Of a stretch of 64,000 bases of DNA, positions 9,011 to 17,925 are shown in pieces. Source of the DNA: Candidatus Microgenomates bacterium (GTDB taxonomy: Bacteria; Patescibacteriota; JACPGU01); NCBI GenBank assembly GCA_016188915.1, contig JACPGU010000002.1, positions 11,388 through 75,387 on the forward strand, in the 5' to 3' direction. Position 1 is the first letter of the stretch; every line of letters begins with the position of its first letter. Under the pieces are notes generated by a model that was given only the letters and a program-made list of their open reading frames with translations, was not told where the DNA came from and did no database searches. The position numbers were made by a program, and so were the translations under genes.

Positions 9011-10513
9011 TTAAATAATAGTTTTTATCTTTTTTAGTATTTTTTCGTTTTCCTTGTCCGCCTCCTCTATCTCTCGTAAAATTTCTTTTGGCTCTCTTAT
9101 CTTTATCTCACCATCTTTATTCGGATTTTTTACGGAGAGGTCAAAGGTCGACGAAAAATCGCTCTTTAAGGTCGCACCTCCGTCCGCTTCGCTCCCCGAG
9201 GAACGACCTTTTCCCACGACATCAATCGTCCAAGAATTGGCGGAATCAGATTTGGTTTTTTGGAGAGCAAGAAAGTCGGCGAGGTCGGAGTCGTTCAAAG
9301 GATTGGTTTTGCCGAGGTTACGGTCGAGATTTAGCTGGTAATACCAAATCTTTTTTGTCGGTTCGCCCTTGGTAAAAAAAAGCACCACCGTCTTCACACC
9401 TGCTCCGGTAAATGTGCCACCAGGGAGATCGAGGATTGTGTGGAGATTGCAAGATTCTAAGAGCAGTTTGCGGAGCGAGACAGACGCATTATCAGTATTG
9501 GATAGAAATGTATTTTTTATAACTATGCCTGCTTTTCCTCCCGCTTTGAGGATTTTTATGAAATGCTGGAGAAAAAGAAAAGCCGTCTCACTGGTTTTGA
9601 TTGGAAAATTTTGCTGAACCTCTGGCCTCTCTTTGCCTCCAAAGGGCGGATTGGTGATTATGATGTCGTAACGATCTTTCTCTTGGATATCGGCAAGATT
9701 CTCCGTTAGAGTATTGGTATGAATAATATTTGGCGCTTCAATGCCATGCAAAATCATATTCATAATACCGATGATGTATGCGAGCGATTTCTTTTCTTTG
9801 CCATAAAAAGTTTTTTTCTGGAGTACGTCCCATTGATCAGGAGAGAGCTTCTCTCGATCTTGCGACAGATATTCAAAGGCGGAAACGAGGAATCCTGCCG
9901 ACCCAACAGCTCCATCGTAAATCTTGTTTCCTATTTTTAGATCAACCACTTTGACGATCGCCTTGATGAGCGGACGCGGAGTATAGTACTCCCCACCATT
10001 TCTCCCCGCATTGCCCATATTTTTGATCTTTGACTCATAGAGATGCGAGAGCTCATATTTCTCGCTTTGCGTATGAAAGTGCATACCATCCACAACGTCC
10101 AAAATATTGCGAAGCGTATAGCCACTTTGAATCTTGTTTTTTATTTCAGAGAAAATCTCACCGATTTTGTAATCAATCGTGTCCGGCTCTTCTGATTTGA
10201 ATTTCTTGAGATATGGGAAAAGCTCATGATCCACAAAATCCTTCAGATCGTCGCCTGAAAGCGCTTTATTGTGGTCGAGCTTACCATCAGCCATCTTTGG
10301 ACACGCCCACACTTCCCAGCGAAACTTTGGGTCTATAATATATTTGTATTCTTTGCCGGCCAATAGCGCTTCTTGCTTCCTATCTTCTTCGAGATCGTCA
10401 AGATACTTCAAGAAAAGAATCCATGAGGTCTGTTCAATATAATCAAGCTCGCTGGACAGCCCCGCGTCTTTCCAAAGCACATCGTCAATGTTTTTGAATG
10501 ATTGTTCAAACAC
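9011..10513 (-). CDS. hsdM: Type I R-M N6-adenine DNA methyltransferase subunit HsdM (GTG start)
   Basis: IITNPPFGG (NPPF catalytic motif), GSAGFL AdoMet motif; the C-terminal region carries an in-frame family C palindromic element. Confidence 0.9.
   Translation of the reverse strand: MFEQSFKNIDDVLWKDAGLSSELDYIEQTSWILFLKYLDDLEEDRKQEALLAGKEYKYIIDPKFRWEVWACPKMADGKLDHNKALSGDDLKDFVDHELFPYLKKFKSEEPDTIDYKIGEIFSEIKNKIQSGYTLRNILDVVDGMHFHTQSEKYELSHLYESKIKNMGNAGRNGGEYYTPRPLIKAIVKVVDLKIGNKIYDGAVGSAGFLVSAFEYLSQDREKLSPDQWDVLQKKTFYGKEKKSLAYIIGIMNMILHGIEAPNIIHTNTLTENLADIQEKDRYDIIITNPPFGGKERPEVQQNFPIKTSETAFLFLQHFIKILKAGGKAGIVIKNTFLSNTDNASVSLRKLLLESCNLHTILDLPGGTFTGAGVKTVVLFFTKGEPTKKIWYYQLNLDRNLGKTNPLNDSDLADFLALQKTKSDSANSWTIDVVGKGRSSGSEADGGATLKSDFSSTFDLSVKNPNKDGEIKIREPKEILREIEEADKENEKILKKIKTII
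9169..9209. repeat. Palindromic element family C, copy 2, in-frame inside hsdM (encodes ~GRSSGSEADGGATLKS)
   Basis: aggtcgcacctccgtccgcttcgctccccgaggaacgacct; matches copies 1, 3 and 4. Confidence 0.7.
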
Positions 10514-10553
10514 AAGATTGAATCCTCGTTATTTTTTTAGCTCTCTTTCCCCC

Positions 10554-10581
10554 ATTTTACCACAATTTTGCCGGGAGGCAA
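10554..10581 (-). promoter_or_regulatory. Candidate promoter of the hsdM operon (TTGCCT-N16-TGgTAAAAT, extended -10)
   Basis: Minus-strand read of ttgcctcccggcaaaattgtggtaaaat ~40 nt upstream of the hsdM start. Confidence 0.4.
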
Positions 10582-10640
10582 AGGCTAAGAAATTAAGAAA
10601 ATAAAAAATTAAGAAAATAAAGTTTGGTCGGGAATGACAT

Positions 10641-10670
10641 AAAAGTAAAAGGGCGCTATCTGCGCCCCTT
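10641..10670 (-). terminator. Rho-independent terminator (GGGGCGC-agata-GCGCCC + T-run) after the fic-like gene
   Basis: Read directly. Confidence 0.6.
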
Positions 10671-10690
10671 TACCGACTACCACTCATTTT

Positions 10691-11701
10691 CTACTTTTTC
10701 AACAACATCAAAACCAGACCAATTATTTGGTCTTTGTCTTTTGGGTTGCTTTCTGCAACCAATAGCGTAAGTGCAGTCAAAGCTTCGGGGGTCAATCGTT
10801 TAGTATTGAGCCGTCCCGCTTTTCTCAAAAACCAGATGAAAGCGAAAGCTCCACTTCTCTTATTGCCATCGATAAAAGGATGATTTTTTACCATGAAGTA
10901 AAGCAAATGAGTTGCTTTTTCTTCTATGGTAGGATAGGCATCTCCACCGCTGAAAGACTGCATAACATTTCCGACTATCCCAGCGACAGATCCCCTTTCT
11001 CGTTCTGTTGCAAAAAGATCTGTCGCCTCGTCTTTCTCTATAAGTGATTTCTTGAGTACGAGTATTGCTTCGTCGAGCATTTCGGAAGTTAGCTTTACTG
11101 ATTTCTTTGTTGCGCCTGAAGTCGCAAACTTTTTCTTGTCATAAGCCCCGATAGACAACCATGCATCTGCAAACATCGACACCAACTCCAATACGCCCTT
11201 CGTGTCAACAGATGCTCCGGCAGGCAAAAATTTCTTTACGTTCTCTACTGCCCTAATGAACTGTTCGTAGTTTTTTGCTATACGGTTTTTATTTATTGCA
11301 TAACCGTCTACAATATAACTTCGCAAAGTCTTGGTCGCCCATTGACGAAACCTTGTCCCCGTCTTAGAGCTAATACGATAACCAACAGAGACAATGGCAT
11401 CAAGATTATATATGTCAACCGAACGCTCGACCCTACGACCACCCTCTATTTGAACTTGTTCCATTTTGGAACATGTTGCTTTCTTAGAAAGCTCTCCCTC
11501 TTTGTAGATATTTTTGAGATGTTTTGTTATCGCCTGAGGATTTACGCCAAACACAAACGCCATCTGTGCTTGTGTCGCCCAAATAGTTTCGCGACTCAAA
11601 TCGCCCTTGAGCTCAATCGCCCCAGATTTCGCCTGATAAATTACGATCCGATTATTCGACTGATTATTCTTTTTCATCCTTCCTATTTTATCATCTTTCA
11701 C
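10691..11701 (-). CDS. RhuM-domain / Fic-domain fusion protein
   Basis: N-terminal RhuM block (AQMAFVFGVNPQAITKHLKNIY...YNLDAIVSVGYRISSKTGTRFRQWATK); C-terminal Fic motif HPFIDGNKRSGA. Confidence 0.75.
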   Translation of the reverse strand: MKDDKIGRMKKNNQSNNRIVIYQAKSGAIELKGDLSRETIWATQAQMAFVFGVNPQAITKHLKNIYKEGELSKKATCSKMEQVQIEGGRRVERSVDIYNLDAIVSVGYRISSKTGTRFRQWATKTLRSYIVDGYAINKNRIAKNYEQFIRAVENVKKFLPAGASVDTKGVLELVSMFADAWLSIGAYDKKKFATSGATKKSVKLTSEMLDEAILVLKKSLIEKDEATDLFATERERGSVAGIVGNVMQSFSGGDAYPTIEEKATHLLYFMVKNHPFIDGNKRSGAFAFIWFLRKAGRLNTKRLTPEALTALTLLVAESNPKDKDQIIGLVLMLLKK

Positions 11702-11706
11702 TGACA

Positions 11707-11750
11707 GGCAAAAACTATTTTGAGGTCACAATCTGTAACCTCAAGATTTT
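11707..11750. terminator. Bidirectional hairpin terminator (ttgaggt-cacaatctgta-acctcaa)
   Basis: Stem-loop with T-runs on both strands, between the fic start and the ALDH stop. Confidence 0.45.
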
Positions 11751-11780
11751 AATTTCTTAATTTCTTATTTTCTTAATTTC

Positions 11781-13253
11781 TTAGCTCTTATTCTCCACCA
11801 CGCTCTTGATTCTTGTCATCGCTTCAATGCTCCAACGAATGCCCTGGGTGCCGAGACCGGAATCTTTCACACCGAGGAAAGGAAAGGAGTCGGGAAATCT
11901 CTCGGACTTGGCGTTGATCTGAACGACCCCTGCTTCTAGCCTGAGAGCCACCTCGTACGCCTTGGCTTTGTCTTCTGTAAATATTGAGGCGCCGAGACCA
12001 TACTGGCTTTGATTGTGAAGTGAGATCATCTCTTCTTCGTCTTTGCAAGAAATGATCGGCAGAACGGGAGCGAATTGTTCCTCCCAGGCAATGCGCATTT
12101 TAGTGGTAACTTCGCCTAAGACTACCGCGTCTATATAATTTCCCCTCCTTGCCCCACCCAGCAGAATCTTTGCCCCCTCACCAATGGCTTCTTTGACCAT
12201 CGCTTCTATGTATTCGGCTTGCCTTAAAGAGATTACCGGCCCCATTTGTGTTTCTATAAGCCTTGGGTCGCCTACAATGCCGTATTTCTCCTTTACCTGC
12301 TCAATTATTTTTTTAGTTAATTCATTACAAATATCGCGATGAGCCAAAACTCTCTTGATCGCCGTGCATCTTTGCCCCGCGTAGGAAAAAGCGCCCTCCA
12401 CTATCTCTTCGGCCGCCAAATCCAAATCGGCATCGTCGAAAACCAAAGCGGCATCTTTCCCCCCCATCTCTAAAAGTAATGGCTTGAAACCCGCCTTTAT
12501 AGCGATATTTTTACCAACATCGGTACTGCCGGTAAAATTGATCATATCAATGTATTTACTGCCGACCAGATAATCTCCGATGGTAGCCCCATGGCCAGAG
12601 ACAAAACTGATGGCTCCAGGGACAACTCCCGCTTTATTAAAAATCTCAATTAGCATCGCTGTGCAAATAGAGCCTTGCGTAGGGCCTTTGACCACCACGC
12701 TGTTACCAGCCAAAAGAGCCGGCGCTATTTTTGTCACTGCTAGATTTATTGGATAATTAAAAGGCGAAATGGCCAAAACCACCCCCAATGGCTCACGAGT
12801 AATATGCGCGTTTTTATTTTTTGCCTTGGGAGAAAAATCTCCTCCCGCCAAATCATATGGCGCGTTAAAAATATTCATTTGGTTGGCCGTATAATCAATG
12901 ATGTCAGCCGAACGCAAAACACTGCTTTTCGCGGAATTTATGGTTTTGGCTATTTCCAAAACTTTTATTTCAGTTATCTCGTCGCAGTAAGTTCTCAAAA
13001 GCTCCGCTGCTTTTTTCAAAATAGCGGCACGATCTTCCAGATGAAAATTTGCCCATTTTTTTTGAGCTCTTTTGGCTTGCTCCAAAATTTCATCTACCTC
13101 ATCTTCCGTCACGGCCTGTAATTTACCGACCAAAGAATTGTCTATGGGCGAAAGCACATCAATCAAATTTCCCGAGCTACTTTTTACCCATTTTCCGCCG
13201 GAAAAAAATTTGTATATTCTTTCCTCTTTAATATCATTGAAAAAACTTGACAT
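11781..13253 (-). CDS. gapN: Aldehyde dehydrogenase family; likely non-phosphorylating NADP-dependent glyceraldehyde-3-phosphate dehydrogenase (GapN-like)
   Basis: LEMGGKDAALV and FSYAGQRCTAIKRV catalytic Cys region; glycolytic neighbours. Confidence 0.7.
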   Translation of the reverse strand: MSSFFNDIKEERIYKFFSGGKWVKSSSGNLIDVLSPIDNSLVGKLQAVTEDEVDEILEQAKRAQKKWANFHLEDRAAILKKAAELLRTYCDEITEIKVLEIAKTINSAKSSVLRSADIIDYTANQMNIFNAPYDLAGGDFSPKAKNKNAHITREPLGVVLAISPFNYPINLAVTKIAPALLAGNSVVVKGPTQGSICTAMLIEIFNKAGVVPGAISFVSGHGATIGDYLVGSKYIDMINFTGSTDVGKNIAIKAGFKPLLLEMGGKDAALVFDDADLDLAAEEIVEGAFSYAGQRCTAIKRVLAHRDICNELTKKIIEQVKEKYGIVGDPRLIETQMGPVISLRQAEYIEAMVKEAIGEGAKILLGGARRGNYIDAVVLGEVTTKMRIAWEEQFAPVLPIISCKDEEEMISLHNQSQYGLGASIFTEDKAKAYEVALRLEAGVVQINAKSERFPDSFPFLGVKDSGLGTQGIRWSIEAMTRIKSVVENKS

Positions 13254-13285
13254 AATGTTTCACTTACTTGTTATAAAATCTCTTT

Positions 13286-13380
13286 GAAATTTTTGAATTT
13301 TGTAATTTTTGAATTTTTAAACAATTTCTAATGTTCTAATTTTTAAAAATTAAAAAATTAAGATTTGTTTACAAAATTAT
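13286..13380. repeat. AT-rich MITE-like intergenic element, copy 1 (right arm truncated)
   Basis: Homologous to 14453-14566 and 37260-37364; left arm aaatttttgaattttgtaattttt. Confidence 0.6.
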
Positions 13381-13456
13381 CACCGCCTCAATAGTTTAAT
13401 AATAAGATGGTGTGGCGGGATCCCGCTAAAGCGGGAAAAATTCAAAAATTCTCCCC

Positions 13457-14446
13457 CTATATCCTACTCACTTTTACTTTGTTTTTCCGCGCTATTTCTT
13501 TCAGCTCCCGCAGATTCATTTGCCCTTTTTGCGCGCCGTAGAATGAGGCCACGCCCGCGCCATTGATGGCCGCAAATTTCAAACTATCTTCCGTGCTGAA
13601 ACCTTTTATCTGCGTGGCCACGAAAGAGCCGAAGAAAGCGTCCCCCGAACCGGCCGAACCGCGCGCCTTAATCTTCATAGCACTGACTTTGAAAAATTTT
13701 GAGCCGTCATGATAGAAAGCGCCGTGACGACCACGGGTGACAATCACCTTGGCCGCTCCCATATTGCAAATAGCGCACAGCAAATCTTTTATCTCCGCAC
13801 TGCTTTTCCGCGTCAATTGCAATGCTTCCTCAAAATTCACTGCCACTATTTCTGACCGAGCCACCATTTTTTTTAAAACTTTATATTGCTTCTCCAATTG
13901 ATAACCGCTGGGATTGAGATAAAGCTTTTTGCTCGTGCCGTCCAATGCGCCCAATATTTTTTCCTGCAAGATAGCAAAATGTGGCGCTATCCCCCCGACA
14001 TAGACGGCGTCAGATGCTTTGACTATTTTTTTCACATCTATCTTAGAATAATCGTTTTTTTCTCGATAAATCAAAATAGTGCGATCGCCATCGGGTCCGA
14101 TCAGAACCAAAGAAAATCCAAATTTTTCGTGCGGACCACGCAAAATAAATTTGGTGCTGATTTTGTGTTTTTTGAAAACTTGCAAGACTTCGCTATTCAA
14201 ACTGTTGCTTCCCAAGACCGTGGCAAAAGCGGATTTTATGCCCATTTTGGCCATCGCGACAATCGCGTTACAAGCTGAACCACCCAAACCGTAATGCACT
14301 TCGGAAACTGGGATCTTCTCTCCGTACTGATAGGCTAGATATTTTGTTTTGCCACCAAAATACCGACCGTCTTTCAAAAGTTTTGACGGCGCCAAAATGA
14401 AAATATCTTCCACGCAATCTCCGAAACCAGTGATTTGATAACGCAT
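13457..14446 (-). CDS. PfkB-family carbohydrate kinase (ribokinase-like)
   Basis: GGSACNAIVAMAKMG and C-terminal GSAGSGDAFFGSF (PfkB signature). Confidence 0.7.
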   Translation of the reverse strand: MRYQITGFGDCVEDIFILAPSKLLKDGRYFGGKTKYLAYQYGEKIPVSEVHYGLGGSACNAIVAMAKMGIKSAFATVLGSNSLNSEVLQVFKKHKISTKFILRGPHEKFGFSLVLIGPDGDRTILIYREKNDYSKIDVKKIVKASDAVYVGGIAPHFAILQEKILGALDGTSKKLYLNPSGYQLEKQYKVLKKMVARSEIVAVNFEEALQLTRKSSAEIKDLLCAICNMGAAKVIVTRGRHGAFYHDGSKFFKVSAMKIKARGSAGSGDAFFGSFVATQIKGFSTEDSLKFAAINGAGVASFYGAQKGQMNLRELKEIARKNKVKVSRI

Positions 14447-14452
14447 AACGGT

Positions 14453-14566
14453 AAAATTTTATAATTTTTAATTCTTAATTTTTAAATAAACCAGAAAATC
14501 CAATTTTTAAACATTAAGAATTAAAGTATTTTATTTATAAAATTACAAAATTCAAAAATTAAAAAT
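14453..14566. repeat. AT-rich MITE-like intergenic element, copy 2 (terminal inverted repeats present)
   Basis: Arms aaaattttataatttttaattcttaattttt / aaaattacaaaattcaaaaattaaaaatt. Confidence 0.6.
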
Positions 14567-14577
14567 TGCACATTAAG

Positions 14578-15477
14578 CTATTTACTTGAAAATAGCTTGA
14601 TGTGTCTTATTACTTCTTCTTCCATCGCCTTCCCTGCCTGATTTAGTAATTTATATAATTTTAAGCTATCTTGCCCATCATAGATATTATCCAATATTTC
14701 AACGATCATCGCTAATTGCAGATCGGTGTCAACATTTATTTTTCTAATACCCAATCCAATAGCTTTTTTCAAATCATGGGCAGATACTCCGATAGCATTG
14801 TTTATTTTTACTCCCCTTTCTTTTAAATCCATTACCAATTCTGAACGAACCATAGACGCCCCATGCAGAACCAATGGTACCGGAATTACTTTTCGCAAAA
14901 CCTCTAAAAGTTTGAAATCCAATTCTGATTTTTTTAAAAATTTATGAATACCATGAGAGGTGCCAATGGCTACCGCCAACATATCGCAATTTGTTTTTTT
15001 GACGAAATCTTGCGCGAGCAGAGGGTCGGTAAAAATTATTTTACGATTTTTTACATTTTCTTCATCGCCACCGATAGAACCTATTTCTGCCTCAACCGCC
15101 GCGCCATAGCGATGCGCCTGATTGACTATCGAGCGAGTCAGACGAACGTTTTCTGAAAAATCAAGATGCGATCCATCAAACATTACACTATCAAAACCAC
15201 CGTGAATAGCCTCTCCAATAATATCAAGATTGTACCCGTGATCCAAATGCAAAAACAATTCTATATTATATTTATTTTCGTAATAATCTTTTGCCCCGAC
15301 AAAAAATTCTAGCCCGCTATGCTCAATAGCTCCCTCAGAAACAGCAATGATGATCGGTTTTTTTGTTTTTTTTGAAGCCCTGACGGCTGCCTCAAAAGTT
15401 TCTATATTAGAAACATTAAAATGGCCTATAGCTATCTTGCGTTTTTCTGCTAATTGATAGAGACGCTTGATTTTCAT
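14578..15477 (-). CDS. fba: Class II fructose-bisphosphate aldolase
   Basis: HFNVSNIE, LHLDHG metal-binding motif, GASMV. Confidence 0.85.
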   Translation of the reverse strand: MKIKRLYQLAEKRKIAIGHFNVSNIETFEAAVRASKKTKKPIIIAVSEGAIEHSGLEFFVGAKDYYENKYNIELFLHLDHGYNLDIIGEAIHGGFDSVMFDGSHLDFSENVRLTRSIVNQAHRYGAAVEAEIGSIGGDEENVKNRKIIFTDPLLAQDFVKKTNCDMLAVAIGTSHGIHKFLKKSELDFKLLEVLRKVIPVPLVLHGASMVRSELVMDLKERGVKINNAIGVSAHDLKKAIGLGIRKINVDTDLQLAMIVEILDNIYDGQDSLKLYKLLNQAGKAMEEEVIRHIKLFSSK

Positions 15478-15489
15478 CTACTGCTGATT

Positions 15490-15592
15490 TACGAATTGAA
15501 TACAAATATACAAATACTGATCAAAATACTATGTGCGGATGAGACGCTTTAGTTGGCATTTGTATATTTGTATACAATTTGTATATTCGTAG
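15490..15592. repeat. Long imperfect inverted repeat (tacgaattgaatacaaatatacaaatac ... catttgtatatttgtatacaatttgtatattcgtag)
   Basis: ~25-30-bp arms, ~40-nt spacer, between fba and tpiA. Confidence 0.55.
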
Positions 15593-15600
15593 TATAGTGG

Positions 15601-16380
15601 CTATTGTTGTTCGATTTTTTGAACCATTTTTTTCAAACTTTCAGGGCGAAAACTTTCGCGACCAATGATGAAACCGGAAAGTTCTGACATTTCTAAATAA
15701 TCTCGGAAATTTTCACCATTGATACTACCTCCATAAAGTACGACTGGTTGTGGCACCATGTTTTTAGACCCCCCTATTCCAACCATGCCAAAAAAATATT
15801 TGCGACGAAAACGACGAAATATAATATTTTTTATACTGCGAATAGCTTTGCCAACCTGCTCCGGATGGGCCGGTTTGAGCGTTCCTATAGAGCCAATAGG
15901 CTCATAGGCAAAAAACATATTTCCTATCTCTTCAGCGGAAAAATTATTTACTATGCTTTTTGTTTCTCGGACAAAATCTTTGTAGCCGACACAGATAATA
16001 GGCGTCATATTATTTTTCAAAATCTCCCTGACTTTGGTAGCGACAATAACATCGGTATCTCCCAACCTCCTACTTTCACTATGGCCGACCAAAACATATT
16101 CCGCGCCGAATTCATTAACCATCCTAGCAGAAATTTGTCCAGTATAGGGTCCCTGCCCCTTCCAAAAAACGTTCTGCGCGCCCAAATGCATCAAGCGACT
16201 ACGCCTTTCGTCCACCATTTGAAAATACAAAAAAGGAGGGCATATTATTACCTCCGCCTTGCCTTGAGATTTCTGGTTTTTTCTGCCCGTTAGAGCTTTG
16301 TTATAGGCCGCCATCAAACCTTTGGCTTTGGCAAAACTAGATGGACTCATTTTCCAATTGCAGACAATATAATGACGCAT
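15601..16380 (-). CDS. tpiA: Triosephosphate isomerase
   Basis: CNWKM, LVGHSESRR, YEPIGSIGT, YGGSI. Confidence 0.85.
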   Translation of the reverse strand: MRHYIVCNWKMSPSSFAKAKGLMAAYNKALTGRKNQKSQGKAEVIICPPFLYFQMVDERRSRLMHLGAQNVFWKGQGPYTGQISARMVNEFGAEYVLVGHSESRRLGDTDVIVATKVREILKNNMTPIICVGYKDFVRETKSIVNNFSAEEIGNMFFAYEPIGSIGTLKPAHPEQVGKAIRSIKNIIFRRFRRKYFFGMVGIGGSKNMVPQPVVLYGGSINGENFRDYLEMSELSGFIIGRESFRPESLKKMVQKIEQQ

Positions 16381-16502
16381 CCTCCCCCTCCTTGGCTAAG
16401 AAAATAAGAAATTAAAAAAGTAAGAAATTAACGGAATATGGATTTCTTAATTAATTGCATTCTTGATTTTTTATTTTTTTGTTTTCTTAATTTTTTAGTT
16501 TT

Positions 16503-16829
16503 TTACTTCAGTGCTGACTCTATCCTTTTTACGATATTATCTTTCGGCTGCGCCCCAATAATATTGTCAACTATTTTACCTTCTTTGAATATCAACATAG
16601 CTGGAATACTCATTATTTTATATCTTCCGGCAACAATAGGATTTTCATCTACGTTGACTTTGCCCACTATTATTTTGTCCTCCATGTCTTTGGCTATTTC
16701 CTCTATCACCGGCCCCAATATTTTACAAGGACCACACCAAGGCGCCCAAAAATCTATTAGGGCTACTTTTCCGCTCGATAGTATTTCTTTATCAAAAGAA
16801 TAATCATCTAAAATCAAAGGATTTGGCAT
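16503..16829 (-). CDS. trxA: Thioredoxin
   Basis: WAPWCGPCK active site; 108 aa. Confidence 0.9.
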   Translation of the reverse strand: MPNPLILDDYSFDKEILSSGKVALIDFWAPWCGPCKILGPVIEEIAKDMEDKIIVGKVNVDENPIVAGRYKIMSIPAMLIFKEGKIVDNIIGAQPKDNIVKRIESALK

Positions 16830-16854
16830 AACTGATTTTTAGTAATAATCTGAT

Positions 16855-17850
16855 CTATCTCCACCTTTTGTTTAATTTTTGTATTTCTCCCAAAGCTGCC
16901 AGGCCAATTTTGAAATGAGCTTCGTCTGGCTCACGAATAAATATCCTCTCAACAATAGTAAACGGCCAAATAAAAATAGTATAAAATATTCCACGGTATT
17001 TCAAGCTCCACCAAACCAATTCATATGCCAAAGCGAAAGCAAAAATTATGATCCCCAGCAAAACTATCATTACTACCCCAAAAGGCGCTCCTGACAAATG
17101 CAAAAAGGATACTGCTCCTGATACAAAAATCATTGTCCAGACCCAAGCAATCAAAGAACAGCGATCGTCCAACAGGCTCTCTTTGCGCAAAGAATCAATA
17201 GATATCTTACCCTTTTTCTCCAAGGCTCTGATTATTTTATGTTCTACGCCGTGGTAAAAAAGCCAATCCGCCTCTTCTCTCGTTAATGTCGCTATCAAAA
17301 TAAAAATTAAAGCAAACAAGATGAGATAACCGAAAGTGACTGCCCAATTATACAATCCCATATCCCAAGTAACAATCGGATATCCTTGCAAATTAGCTGA
17401 AAGATAATTAAAGATAGCTACAGCCAAAGCTAGATAGACGATGTACAAAACATACTGCCTTAATCGCACAAAAAAACGATGGTAAATAGTTTTTGTTTTT
17501 AGATTTTTTTTAATAAAACGCCTTTTGTAAAAAAGAGCCAATAGATTAATGACCAGCGCCTCAACGAAAAAAGCAATGCCACGAATCAAAGGATAATATA
17601 AAAAACGATTTTTCCGCGCGCTCCTTTTTAATTTGGCCGAGACCAATTCGATATTGCCCAATTCATCTCGCATAGCCAAGGTCATAATTTTTCTGTTGCG
17701 CAAAACTACTCCGCAAGACAAAGCAATCCCGCCAAAAGGATCGTTCAGTTCCTCTCCAGAAACAGACCTGCTATTCTTTTTTTTCTTTATTTTTTGCTTT
17801 TTATTTGGCATCAACCCTCCCATATTCAAGAATAGCGAACAAACGCGCAA
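16855..17850 (-). CDS. DUF1385 (YqhQ-like) membrane protein
   Basis: YHGVEHK motif; multi-TM; the true start may be an internal Met. Confidence 0.55.
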   Translation of the reverse strand: MRVCSLFLNMGGLMPNKKQKIKKKKNSRSVSGEELNDPFGGIALSCGVVLRNRKIMTLAMRDELGNIELVSAKLKRSARKNRFLYYPLIRGIAFFVEALVINLLALFYKRRFIKKNLKTKTIYHRFFVRLRQYVLYIVYLALAVAIFNYLSANLQGYPIVTWDMGLYNWAVTFGYLILFALIFILIATLTREEADWLFYHGVEHKIIRALEKKGKISIDSLRKESLLDDRCSLIAWVWTMIFVSGAVSFLHLSGAPFGVVMIVLLGIIIFAFALAYELVWWSLKYRGIFYTIFIWPFTIVERIFIREPDEAHFKIGLAALGEIQKLNKRWR

Positions 17851-17925
17851 TAATCAATATCCAAATCTTTTTCCTAATTTTTTATTTATTACTTTTCACT
17901 CTTTACTTTTAACTTTTCACCTATC

